A stretch of 64,000 nt of DNA from an uncultured Pseudomonadota bacterium (GTDB lineage Bacteria > Myxococcota_A > Polyangia > Fen-1088): NCBI GenBank assembly GCA_963847705.1, contig CAWKBC010000034.1, positions 96,001 to 160,000 of the forward strand, written 5' to 3'. Below are positions 1-9,191 of the stretch, in pieces; within the stretch, counting starts at the first letter, position 1; each line of letters opens with the position of its first letter. Position numbers and translations under genes: made by a program. The notes beneath the pieces were generated by a model. It searched no databases, was not told where the DNA came from, and saw only the letters and a list, made by a program, of their open reading frames with translations.

Positions 1-768
1 AAAGCCGAGCGGCGCCAGGTTCCCGAACGCCAGGCGTGAGGCCAGCCGTCCGATCCCGTCGGCCAGCTTGAGCGGCGCGTTGCGCAGCCGGATGCTGGTG
101 AGCTGGATCGGCATGCCGAGCAGATCGCGCGGCACGACGTTCACCGGGGCGCGCACCGCCAGGGTGGGCCTGGCGCCGCGCTCGGCGAGATCGAGCGCGA
201 TCTCCGCCCCCGTGTTCCCTGCACCGACCACCAGGACCCGCTGCCCGGCAAACGAATCGGCGTTGCGGTAGCTGGACGAATGCACGACCGGGCCGCCAAA
301 CCGGTCCTGCCCGGGGAGCCGCTCCGGATTCGGAACGCGGTTGTATCCGGTGGCAACGACCACCGCGCGGGCGCGATGGCGGGCACGGGCGCTCTCGACG
401 ATGAAGCCGCCCTCGGCGGCGCCGATCCGCCGCACCGGCTCGCCTGTGCGCGGGGCAATCGAAAACCGCGCCGCATACGACTCGAGGTAGGCGACGAAGT
501 CGGCGCGCGACACGTAGCGCGGCAGCTCCTCGCCGAACGGGAGCCCGGGGAGCTGCGACTGCTGCTTGACCGTGTGCAGGTGCAATCGGTCGTAATGGTT
601 CCGCCACGAGTTGGCCAGCGATGGCCCAGCTTCGAGCACCAGCGCCTCGACGTTCCGTTGTTTGAGGCAGCCCGCGGTGGCCAGACCGGCCGGACCGGCG
701 CCCACGATCACCACCGGGAGCGGCACGGTCGAGCCTTGAGCTGGAGGCCCCGCGGCGGTCATCGCCAT
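1..768 (-). CDS. Flavin-containing monooxygenase (class B FMO/YUCCA-like), runs off the window edge
   Basis: Manual translation from ATG 768 gives VVIVGAGPAGLA (FAD), VVATGY, FGGPVVHSSSY (FMO motif FxGxxxHxxxY) and VLVVGAGNTG (NADPH). It is missing from the ORF track because there is no stop in the window. Confidence 0.88.
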   Translation of the reverse strand, partial: MAMTAAGPPAQGSTVPLPVVIVGAGPAGLATAGCLKQRNVEALVLEAGPSLANSWRNHYDRLHLHTVKQQSQLPGLPFGEELPRYVSRADFVAYLESYAARFSIAPRTGEPVRRIGAAEGGFIVESARARHRARAVVVATGYNRVPNPERLPGQDRFGGPVVHSSSYRNADSFAGQRVLVVGAGNTGAEIALDLAERGARPTLAVRAPVNVVPRDLLGMPIQLTSIRLRNAPLKLADGIGRLASRLAFGNLAPLGF

Positions 769-907
769 AGGATAGCGAGCAACGCCTCCCCGCGTCACGC
801 CGACCGCCGATCAGCTCGAGCAATAAAGACCGAGGCTTCCCGGGCACCGTCTGCTACTCTCCCGCGTCCGATCGACACTCGTCGACGATTCGAGAAGCCA
901 AGGAGCA

Positions 908-1210
908 ATGCCCGCCACGCGACATTACCTACACGGTGACTACCTCGAGGCGAGCGATCGACGGCCCGGAAGCGTCGTCTACTGCGCCTTCTGCGACGGC
1001 TTCTGTCTCCCCGAGCACCTCTACGACGAGCACGAGCTGGAGCAGAACATCGCTCGGCTCAACGCGAGCAAGAAGTCGCTCGACCGGGCCCGGCAGAAGA
1101 ATCGAACGCCCCGTCGACGCCCCCAACTACCTCGACGGCACACCGGATCCCCTCTAGGGCCTCCTCATTTGCGGCCGAGAGACGATACTTCTCGCGCATC
1201 GCCAACTTGA
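908..1210 (+). CDS. Small Cys/His-rich hypothetical protein; probable frameshift near 1105, true stop likely 1157
   Basis: AAGGAG RBS and motif YCAFCDGFCLPEHLYDEH. After about 1105 the GC3-rich frame switches to RPVDAPNYLDGTPDPL*. Confidence 0.55.
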   Translation: MPATRHYLHGDYLEASDRRPGSVVYCAFCDGFCLPEHLYDEHELEQNIARLNASKKSLDRARQKNRTPRRRPQLPRRHTGSPLGPPHLRPRDDTSRASPT

Positions 1211-1226
1211 GAGTAGCCTGACAGGC

Positions 1227-1439
1227 ATGTCGCTCGCCCACCTCCGCGCTCTGAAAACGGCGCGCATCCGCCCACCGGCGGGCGCACCCGCCGCCGCGAG
1301 AACCGCCACCCCCGCCGCCTCTCTGTGCGGCGCGAGCCGCGAGCCGATCTACCGCACCATGGACGAGGCCAACGAATCGGGCCTCGAGCTTTGCGGCAGC
1401 TGCCTGGCCGACTTCCGCCGGCAGCAGAAGACCCACTGA
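1227..1439 (+). CDS. Small hypothetical protein, possible Zn-ribbon
   Basis: 70 aa, with an N-terminal His, LCG and a C-terminal LCGSC; high GC3. Confidence 0.55.
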   Translation: MSLAHLRALKTARIRPPAGAPAAARTATPAASLCGASREPIYRTMDEANESGLELCGSCLADFRRQQKTH

Positions 1440-1487
1440 GCCGTCGCGCCGCTCAGGTCTGACCCACTGAGCCGTCGCGCCGCTCAG
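1430..1487. repeat. Two 27-bp direct repeats (period 31), each an internal palindrome (REP-like)
   Basis: GACCCACTGAGCCGTCGCGCCGCTCAG occurs at 1430-1456 and 1461-1487; each copy has a CTGAGC...GCTCAG stem. Confidence 0.9.
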
Positions 1488-1631
1488 CTCGTCGCCCTCT
1501 CGACGGCCGCGGGCTCTGGGGTGGGGCGCGTCCGCGTTCCAGGCGGGCCGCCCAGAATCGTGCAAATCACGACCGCCTCCGTTTCCCGGGACGCCGCATC
1601 ATCGTAACTATTTGAAGTTACTATGTTCACG

Positions 1632-1651
1632 CGCAATTGGAAACAATTGCG
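1632..1651. promoter_or_regulatory. Perfect 8-4-8 palindrome, putative operator
   Basis: CGCAATTG-GAAA-CAATTGCG in an AT-rich stretch upstream of the 1696 gene. Confidence 0.5.
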
Positions 1652-1695
1652 AAATGCAATGCCGGCAAGATGCTCTTGGGAGCGGCTTGCGAGCG

Positions 1696-2463
1696 ATGCA
1701 CGAAACGATGCCCAAGGCGACCGCCGACCAGAGCGCCACCCACATCCTTCAGAGCACCGAGGCGGCGGCGCCAGGTGCCGCGAAGTCGCTCTTCGGCGTC
1801 GTCGCCTGTGAGGTCATCGCGAGTCTCCTGGTGGGGCTCTACCGCAGCCCCGCGCTGGGACTCCTCTCCGCCGGCATCGGCCTGGTCATCGCCTTCGCGT
1901 GGCTGCGAAGGTACCGGCGGCACTCCGACGCGATCGCGGGCGATCAGATCCAGAAGGCCAGCAGGCTGCTCGCCGAGGGGAGTCACGCCGAAGCCTGGGA
2001 CGCCGCGGACGCCGCCGCCCGCGCGGCCGCCGGAACGCCGCTGCGCGACGCCGCGCTGACCGTCATGGTGCAGGTGGCGATCGCCGAGAAGCGCTGCGAG
2101 ACGGCGCGCGAGGTCCTGGAACGGATGCGCCATCGCGGCCTCGTCGACCCCTGTCTGGAGGCCGCGATCGAGCGGGCCGGCGGCCGCGCCGACCACGCCA
2201 CGGCGGCCCTCGAGCGCGCCCGCGGTCTGCCGACCTTCGGCGGAGCGGCGGCCCGTCTGCTGGTCGAGCTCTACGCCGAGGCGGAGCGCCTCGATCGGGC
2301 GGTGCAGATCGCCCTCGAGCACCTGGACCTCCTCGAGGTGCACGACGTCCGCAACATGATCGCTTCGCTGCAGGCCTGGGACGAACCCCAGCACGCCGCC
2401 GCGCTGGTCGTGGCGTTGACGATCCGCAGCTCCCGCACCGAGCGTCAGATTCGCATTCCGTAG
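1696..2463 (+). CDS. Hypothetical membrane protein with TPR-like helical C-terminus
   Basis: Two hydrophobic segments followed by Ala/Leu-rich helical repeats; start uncertain (1696 or 1708). Confidence 0.65.
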   Translation: MHETMPKATADQSATHILQSTEAAAPGAAKSLFGVVACEVIASLLVGLYRSPALGLLSAGIGLVIAFAWLRRYRRHSDAIAGDQIQKASRLLAEGSHAEAWDAADAAARAAAGTPLRDAALTVMVQVAIAEKRCETAREVLERMRHRGLVDPCLEAAIERAGGRADHATAALERARGLPTFGGAAARLLVELYAEAERLDRAVQIALEHLDLLEVHDVRNMIASLQAWDEPQHAAALVVALTIRSSRTERQIRIP

Positions 2464-2525
2464 CGGTCGGTGATTGCCAGTCGACCCCGCCGCGTGCCAC
2501 GGTGGCGGCAGGAGCAGAACCGACG

Positions 2526-3266
2526 ATGACCCTGAAAGTGATCGGGGCGGGCTACGGCCGCACCGGGACCCTGTCGACCTACACGGCCCTCAACGAGCTG
2601 GGCTTCCCCTGCTACCACATGTTCGAGGTGCTCGAGAACAAGGCCAACAAGAGCCACCTCGACTTCTGGCGCGGCGTGGCCAACACGCCGGCCGGAACCC
2701 GTCACGACTGGAACAGCGTCCTCTCCCACTACACGGCGGCGGTCGACAACCCGACCTGCTGCGTCTGGCGCGAGCTGAAGGAGGCCAATCCCGAAGCCAA
2801 GGTGCTGCTGACGCTGCATCCGCGCGGGCCGGAGGCCTGGTACGAGAGCACCATCGACACGATCTACTTCACCGAGAACCGCTGGCAGTTCAAGCTCCTC
2901 AAGCTGGTGGCGCCCTTCGCCCGGAAGATGGGCGACATGTCGCGCAAGCTGATCTGGCAGCGCAATCACAAGGGGACGATGAACGATCGTGCCCGGGCGA
3001 TCGCCCAGTACAGCCAGCACATCGAGGACGTCAAGGCCGCGGTCCCCCCGGAGCAACTCCTGATCTTCACCGTCGATCAGGGCTGGGAGCCGCTCTGCAA
3101 GTTTCTCGGGGTGCCGGTCCCGGTGGGGCCGTTCCCCAACGTCAACGACCGCGAGCAGATCAAGAAGGTGATCGCCGGAATGACGGTCGGCGCCTACGTG
3201 GTGCTGGCCGCGGGCGCCGTCCTCGTCGCCGGGTTGATCTACGGCGCGACCCGGCTCTTCGGGTGA
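2526..3266 (+). CDS. Sulfotransferase-family protein (Sulfotransfer_4-like) with C-terminal TM anchor
   Basis: LKVIGAGYGRTGT P-loop, CYHMFEV, GWEPLCKFLG..FPNVN; GGAG RBS before ATG 2526. Confidence 0.85.
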   Translation: MTLKVIGAGYGRTGTLSTYTALNELGFPCYHMFEVLENKANKSHLDFWRGVANTPAGTRHDWNSVLSHYTAAVDNPTCCVWRELKEANPEAKVLLTLHPRGPEAWYESTIDTIYFTENRWQFKLLKLVAPFARKMGDMSRKLIWQRNHKGTMNDRARAIAQYSQHIEDVKAAVPPEQLLIFTVDQGWEPLCKFLGVPVPVGPFPNVNDREQIKKVIAGMTVGAYVVLAAGAVLVAGLIYGATRLFG

Positions 3267-3284
3267 GGGATCGACCGACGGCGA

Positions 3285-4289
3285 TCAGCGTGGCCGCGAC
3301 TTGAACACCCGAAACAGCAGCCGCAACGAGGGAAACAGCACCAGCGCTCCGGCTCCCAGCGTGGCGAGCAGCAACGTCTGCGTCGCCCGCGGCGCCGACG
3401 CCGCTGCGAAGGTCAGGTCTGGCACGACGACGAAGGGGTACTGCGAGGCGCCCCAGCCCAGGACCACCAGGGCCACCTGCACCGCCGCGAATAGGCGCGC
3501 CAACCGGAAGCGCCGCCGACCGACGGCGACCAGCGCCGACACGGCAGCGAGCCCGGTCGCAGCATGCAGCGGCCAGGACCACCGGCGAAGCGACAGGCCC
3601 TGATAGACACGGGGGGCGCTCCCCTCCGACAGGAGAAACGTCGCCAGCGCCAGCGCCCCGCAGGCGATCCCGGAGGCCAGCGCCCGACGGCGAAAGTCCT
3701 CCTGCAGCTCGACCTCACCCTCGGCCTCGACGGTGAGGTAGACGGCCGCCAGGAACCCGCAGAGCGCCAGGGTGAACAGCCCCGCCGCCAGGGCGAACGG
3801 CGTCAACCAGGGACCGCTCCACCCGAGGCGCGCCGGCGAGAGATCCTGCGCGGTCGGGCCCGCGACCATTGCCGCAGCGATCATCCCCAGCAGCATGGGC
3901 GACGCCAGGCTGCCCGCGACGAAGACGCCGCTCCACCCACGCCGTTCGCGCGCACGGTCACCGGAGGCCGACCGGAACACGAACGCCGAGCCGCGGGCGA
4001 CGATGGCCAGCAACAGCGCCAGCAGCGGCCCGTGAAACCGGATGCTGATCGCTGCGAAGGCGGGCGGGAAGGCGGTGAAGAGGACCACCACCACCAGAAT
4101 CAGCCAGACGTGGTTGGCCTCCCAGATCGGCGCGATGGCCTCGGCGATGAGCGCCCGCTGGCGGGTCGCGCGCGGCCCCCTCGCCAGGAGGTGCCACACG
4201 CCCCCGCCGAAGTCGGCGCCGCCGAACAGAATGTAGAGGATGAGCGCGGCGAGAATGACCGCGCCGAGCAGCGCCGGCTCATCCCACAT
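3285..4289 (-). CDS. cydB: Cytochrome bd ubiquinol oxidase subunit II
   Basis: GADFGGG and PIWEANHVWLI motifs; multi-TM; overlaps the cydA stop. Confidence 0.92.
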   Translation of the reverse strand: MWDEPALLGAVILAALILYILFGGADFGGGVWHLLARGPRATRQRALIAEAIAPIWEANHVWLILVVVVLFTAFPPAFAAISIRFHGPLLALLLAIVARGSAFVFRSASGDRARERRGWSGVFVAGSLASPMLLGMIAAAMVAGPTAQDLSPARLGWSGPWLTPFALAAGLFTLALCGFLAAVYLTVEAEGEVELQEDFRRRALASGIACGALALATFLLSEGSAPRVYQGLSLRRWSWPLHAATGLAAVSALVAVGRRRFRLARLFAAVQVALVVLGWGASQYPFVVVPDLTFAAASAPRATQTLLLATLGAGALVLFPSLRLLFRVFKSRPR

Positions 4290-5619
4290 GCGCCGGCCCC
4301 GTCTTGAGGAACAGTCGGCCCAGCAGGATCGCCACCACGGTGCCCAGGCCAAGGTAGACCAGGCCGACCAAGGCGAACGGCGTCGCCAGACCGGCCACCG
4401 GTGTCACCGCGGCGCCGGTGCGGATGATGCCGTACACGATCCAGGGCTGGCGGCCGACCTCGGTGACCGTCCACCCCGCCTCCAGCGCCAGAAAGCCGAG
4501 CGGGCCCGTGAGCGCCACGGCCCAGAGCAGCGTTCGGTCCTCATTGGGGTAAGGCATCGAGCGGCCCGCGCTGCGGCGGCGCCACCAGGCGCCGCCCCAC
4601 CAGAGAGCCACCAGCGCCAGCACCGAACCGGCCCCGACCATCACCTGGAAGGCGACGTGCACCACGCGCGTCTCCGGCCAGTCGTCGACCGGAAACGAAT
4701 CGAGCCCCCGCACCTCCGCGTCGAGCTGGTGAAACGCCAGGAACGACAGCCCGTGCGGGATCTCCAGCGCGTAACGTGTCTTCCGCGCCGCCGGATCCGG
4801 CCAGCCGCCCAGGCGCAGGGGCGCGCCGCGCTCGGTCTGGAACTGCCCCTCGAGCGCCGCCAGCTTGGCCGGCTGGCGGACCGCCACCGAGCGGGCGCTG
4901 AAGTCGCCCGAGACCGGCTGCAGCAGCGCCGCCGGCACCGCGAACATCATCGCGATCCCCAGCGCCGCGCGGTGAAAGCGGCTGTGCGGCGCGCGCAGGA
5001 GGAGCGCCGCATGGACGGCCGCCATGGCCACCGCGGTGGCGAGATAGCTGGAGAGCAGCACGTGCACCACCTCGACCGCCCACCCCGGGCTGAACATCGC
5101 GGCCAGGGGGTCGACGTCGATCGGCAGGCCGCCCCGCACCTTGAACCCCGAAGGCGCGTTCATCCAGGCGTTGGCCAGCACCACGAACAGCGCCGAGAAG
5201 GCGCCGCTCACGGTGACCGCCACCCCCGACAGGAGGTGCAGGCGCGGCGACACCCGCTCCCAGCCGTAGAGATAGATGCCCAGGAAGATCGCCTCGGTGA
5301 AGAAGGCGAAGCCCTCCAGCGAAAACGGCATGCCGATGATCGCGCCGGCGAAGGCCATGAACCTCGGCCAGAGCAGACCGAGCTCGAAGGAGAGGACGGT
5401 CCCCGAGACGGCGCCGACCGCGAACAGGATGGCCGTCCCCTTGGCCCAGCGCCGGGCCAGCTCCAGGTAGATCTCGTCGCCGGTGCGGCGATAGCGGACC
5501 TCCGCCACCACCATCAACGCCGGCAGCGCCACCCCCACCGCCGCGAACACGATGTGAAAGGCCAACGACAGGGCCATCTGTCCGCGCGCAAAGATCAGAT
5601 CCGCTGTCGGCGCCTGCAC
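4279..5619 (-). CDS. cydA: Cytochrome bd ubiquinol oxidase subunit I (short Q-loop type)
   Basis: FHIVFA, GAVSGTVLSFE, ANAWMNAP, QPAKLAALEG, EVGRQPW. Confidence 0.95.
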   Translation of the reverse strand: MQAPTADLIFARGQMALSLAFHIVFAAVGVALPALMVVAEVRYRRTGDEIYLELARRWAKGTAILFAVGAVSGTVLSFELGLLWPRFMAFAGAIIGMPFSLEGFAFFTEAIFLGIYLYGWERVSPRLHLLSGVAVTVSGAFSALFVVLANAWMNAPSGFKVRGGLPIDVDPLAAMFSPGWAVEVVHVLLSSYLATAVAMAAVHAALLLRAPHSRFHRAALGIAMMFAVPAALLQPVSGDFSARSVAVRQPAKLAALEGQFQTERGAPLRLGGWPDPAARKTRYALEIPHGLSFLAFHQLDAEVRGLDSFPVDDWPETRVVHVAFQVMVGAGSVLALVALWWGGAWWRRRSAGRSMPYPNEDRTLLWAVALTGPLGFLALEAGWTVTEVGRQPWIVYGIIRTGAAVTPVAGLATPFALVGLVYLGLGTVVAILLGRLFLKTGPAHVG

Positions 5620-5786
5620 GTTCGAATGCTCCGTGGCGTCAGCATAGCCGCGCCGGGGCCGGGCAGCCGCTCATTCGTCGGCGGACGGGCGAATCACCTG
5701 CGGAGCGCTCCAGCCGAGCTGTGCTCCAGCCCGCGAAACGCCGGGGGCGTTCCGAGCCCGGCGATCTGCCCGCGGGCGCGCTCGCC

Positions 5787-7685
5787 TCAACCGAGGCTGA
5801 TGTCGCCCGTGCACTGGCCAGCGACGCAGGACTCGCCGGCGTTGCAGCAACCGCACCCGCACGGAACGACGTCCGGATCGCACAGGATCGCGGCGCACTG
5901 ACCGTTGTTGCAGATCTGCCCGCAGCCGCAGGTCGGGGTGCAGGTCTTGCCCGGACAGAGGCCGTTGGTGCAGGTCCCGCCACCGGTGCAGCCGCAGGTG
6001 CCACCGCAGCCGTCGGACCCGCCGCAGGTGCCATTGTTCGGGCAGGTCGGCTGGCAGCAGCCACCGGCGGCAGGCACCAGTCCGGCCGGACAGACGCAGG
6101 TCTTCCCGCAGCCGTCGGCCATCCCGCCGCGGCTCCCGTCGCCCGGGCAGGCCGGCGTGCAGCAAGCGCCATTGTAGAGCGTGCTCCCCTTCGCGCAGGC
6201 GCAGGTCTTCCCGCAGCCGTCGGCCATCCCGCCGCGGCTGCCGTCGCCCGGACAGTTCGGCGCGCAGCAGCTTCCGCCGTAGACGACGTCGCCGCTCGGG
6301 CAGGCGCAGGTCTTGCCGCAGCCGTCGCTCATGTTGCCGCGGCTGCCGTCGGTGGGACAGTTCGGCTTGCAGCAGGCGCCCATGTAGAGCGCGCTCCCCG
6401 TGGCGCAGGCGCAGGTGCCGCCGCAGCTGTCCGATTTTCCGGCGTTGCTGCCGTCGGTGGGGCAGACGGGCTTGCAGCAGCTGCCGCCGTAGACGACGTC
6501 GCCGCTCGGGCAGGCGCAGGTCTTGCCGCAGCCGTCGCTCATGTTGCCGCGGCTGCCGTCGCCCGGGCAGTTCGGCGTGCAGCAGGCGCCCATGTAGAGC
6601 GTGCTCCCGGTGGCGCAGCTGCAGGTCCCGCCACAGCCGTTCGACTTGCCGCCGTTGCTGCCGTTGGCGGGGCAGTTCGGCGTGCAGCAGGCGCCGTTGT
6701 AGAGCGCGCTCCCCGCGGCGCAGGCGCAGGTCTTGCCGCAGCCGTCGCTCATGCCGCCACGGCTGCCGTCGGCGGGGCAGTTGGGCATGCAGCATCCGTT
6801 GGTGACCTGCGTGCTGCCGGTCGGGCAGGGGCAGAGGCCGGCGCAACCGTCGTCGAGCCCGGCGCGGCTTCCGTCGCTGGGGCAGGTGGGCGTACAGACG
6901 CAGGCGCCCTGGATGCAATGACCGGCCGAGCCGCAGCTCTTCGGGCAGCTGCAGGTGTCCATGCAGGTGCCGTTGCTGCAGATGCTCCCCGCGGCGCACT
7001 TCACGCCCGCGCAGAGATTCGCCACGCAGGTGCCGCCGCTGCAGAGCTGATTGGCGGCGCAGTGGACCGTGGCGCAGGGATTGGGCGACGCGCAGGTGAG
7101 GTTGCAGGCCTTCCCCGGGCCGCAGGCGGCGTCGCAGGCATCGAGCATCACGCAGGCGCCGGTGCCGGGATTGCAGTACTGCCCGGAGGGACAGGTCACA
7201 CCGTTGCACGGTTCGAGGAAACAGCCCGCCTGGCAGGCGCCGGAGACGCAGGTCTGACCGTCGGGACAGCTCTTGCCGGCGCAAGGATCGGTGACGGCCA
7301 CGCAGCTCGCGCGGCAGGTGGTGCCCGTCGCGCAGCTGGAGGCCGCGGCCAGGCAGGGATCAGGCTGGCAGGTTCCGCCCAGGCAAACCTGTCCGCTTGG
7401 ACACTGCGCGGGACAGGTCGGCGCGCCGCCCGTGCCGCCGCCGGCGCCAGCGGCACCGCCCGCTCCGCCCGGCGCGCCGCCGTCGCGCGCTCCCGAGCCG
7501 AGCTTGCCATTCGTGCTGCCGTTTCCACCGCCGCCCATGAGCTTGAGCGCGGTCCCGCCGTCTTCGGAGATGGACGTCGACTGCGCCGCGGGATGGAAGT
7601 CGCACCCGGCGAGCCACAACAGCGCCAGCAGCGACATCCCGGATGAAATGAGCAGCGACGAACGGAGAGAGCGCGCGGTCCCCAT
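5787..7685 (-). CDS. Cys-rich repeat lipoprotein
   Basis: Lipobox LAGC, Gly-rich linker, and about 9 tandem 35-aa repeats CCxPxCPxDGSxGxxSDGCGxTCxC. Confidence 0.8.
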   Translation of the reverse strand: MGTARSLRSSLLISSGMSLLALLWLAGCDFHPAAQSTSISEDGGTALKLMGGGGNGSTNGKLGSGARDGGAPGGAGGAAGAGGGTGGAPTCPAQCPSGQVCLGGTCQPDPCLAAASSCATGTTCRASCVAVTDPCAGKSCPDGQTCVSGACQAGCFLEPCNGVTCPSGQYCNPGTGACVMLDACDAACGPGKACNLTCASPNPCATVHCAANQLCSGGTCVANLCAGVKCAAGSICSNGTCMDTCSCPKSCGSAGHCIQGACVCTPTCPSDGSRAGLDDGCAGLCPCPTGSTQVTNGCCMPNCPADGSRGGMSDGCGKTCACAAGSALYNGACCTPNCPANGSNGGKSNGCGGTCSCATGSTLYMGACCTPNCPGDGSRGNMSDGCGKTCACPSGDVVYGGSCCKPVCPTDGSNAGKSDSCGGTCACATGSALYMGACCKPNCPTDGSRGNMSDGCGKTCACPSGDVVYGGSCCAPNCPGDGSRGGMADGCGKTCACAKGSTLYNGACCTPACPGDGSRGGMADGCGKTCVCPAGLVPAAGGCCQPTCPNNGTCGGSDGCGGTCGCTGGGTCTNGLCPGKTCTPTCGCGQICNNGQCAAILCDPDVVPCGCGCCNAGESCVAGQCTGDISLG

Positions 7686-7882
7686 GTGATCTGCATCGGC
7701 GACGGCGCGCTGCGAAGTGAGGAGAATCGTGTGGCGCCCAACGACGACCTCGACTCACGCCAGCGACGAGGTGGTTCGTCGCGCACGTCGTCGCCTGCGC
7801 GCCTGCACGCCGCCCGACAGGTTCGTGGCGAGCCAGGTCGCTGACGTGTAGATCAGGGGTCGAGCCTCAAGGAGGGCGACTG

Positions 7883-8244
7883 ATGCCAGACCCGAAGCGA
7901 TACCTCGAAGACTGGAGCGCGATCACCCCGACCGATTTCGGCCTGCATGCCGCGTACTGGACCGGGAAGCCCGAAGAGCCCGTGATGTTCCGGCCGATCT
8001 TGGGTGGATCACCTACAACGCCAAGGAGGTCGGAAGCCCTCCCGACACCCTGCTGAAGAACGGATTTGGCGCGGTGGTCCTGAGTGACGCCTGGTGGCCG
8101 CTGCTGGCCTTCCAGATCAACGACTACGGCGGCGTCTTTCCGAAGACGCTCGATCTCGAGACGGTCAAGACCAAGATCGCCGAGTGGCGCACCTCGGGCG
8201 CCGAGCAGTTTCGCATCAACGTTCGGGAGGTCGGCAGGGCCTGA
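7883..8244 (+). pseudogene. Frameshifted ~120-aa hypothetical protein (absent from the ORF track)
   Basis: AAGGAGG RBS, then MPDPKRYLEDW...MFRPILG. One base appears to be missing at about 8003, after which WITYNAKEVG...INVREVGRA* continues with high GC3. Confidence 0.65.
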
Positions 8245-8376
8245 CGGCTTGACGCTGGAGGGCACCGCGCCAGAAATGCGGCACCACGCGCGCCCGCGCG
8301 AGGAAGAGATCCCCTGATTTGCTCGCTCGGCGGCTGGTCGGGGTCCCGGGAGCCACCAAGGTCTTGGGGGCGACGC

Positions 8377-8721
8377 ATGTTGCGACGGACCGTCGAGCTG
8401 GTGGCCCTGCTGTTCGAGGCAGGGGGAACGTTCGCGATGGCCATTGGCGCCGTCGTCGCGCTCGGCCTAGCCCTGCGAGACAGGGCCGGCGGGGGGCGGA
8501 TGGTCTACCGCAGCTTCCGAAACCGGTTGGGGCGGGCCATCATCCTCGGCCTCGAGCTGCTGGTCGCCGCCGACATCCTGCGCACGATCAGCACCGAGCC
8601 CACGCTGGAGCAGGTCGTCGTGCTCGGCATCGTCGTCCTCATCCGGACGTTCCTGAGCTTCTCTCTGGAGATCGAGCTCGAGGGACGCTGGCCCTGGCAG
8701 AGTCGAGGCGAGGCGCGGTGA
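8377..8721 (+). CDS. DUF1622 family membrane protein
   Basis: LGRAIILGLELLVAADILRT and IRTFLSFSLEIELEGRWPW. Confidence 0.88.
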   Translation: MLRRTVELVALLFEAGGTFAMAIGAVVALGLALRDRAGGGRMVYRSFRNRLGRAIILGLELLVAADILRTISTEPTLEQVVVLGIVVLIRTFLSFSLEIELEGRWPWQSRGEAR

Positions 8722-9125
8722 GCAGCGCCGCCCCACCATCGACCTCCGACCAGCTGGCTCACCAGCGGACCGAGCTGGCCGGTGACCGCACGGTGATGGC
8801 GGCCGACCGCACCTTGATGGCCTGGATCCGGACCGCGCTCTCGATGATCGGCTTCGGATTCACCATCTACAAGTTCCTGCACGCCTTCGCGGAGTCGGGT
8901 TCGGTCCATCTCCGCCGCCCCAACAGCCCACGCAACCTCGGGATCTTCCTGGCGGCGCTGGGGACTGGATCGCTGGTGGCCGGTCTCATCCAATACGTGC
9001 AGATGCTCCGGCAGGTCCACATCTCGGCGCTTCGTACGAGCGTGACGTTCTACGTGGCGTGCGGCGTCGTGATCCTGGGGCTCACGATCCTGCTGGGGAT
9101 CGTGGCCAACATGGGACCCTTTTGA
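8718..9125 (+). CDS. DUF202/YidH family membrane protein
   Basis: RTxLAxDRTxMAWIRT-type motif; GTGA overlap with the upstream gene. Confidence 0.85.
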   Translation: MSSAAPPSTSDQLAHQRTELAGDRTVMAADRTLMAWIRTALSMIGFGFTIYKFLHAFAESGSVHLRRPNSPRNLGIFLAALGTGSLVAGLIQYVQMLRQVHISALRTSVTFYVACGVVILGLTILLGIVANMGPF

Positions 9126-9191
9126 GGCCTCTGCGTCTGGGCGTGCTCCACACGTCGAGGAGACGCCCGACACGCTGAGGAGAGGCCCGAC

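Noticed and set aside
1430-1487. CRISPR-like repeat pair
   Set aside because: Only two copies with a 4-bp spacer, and no cas genes.
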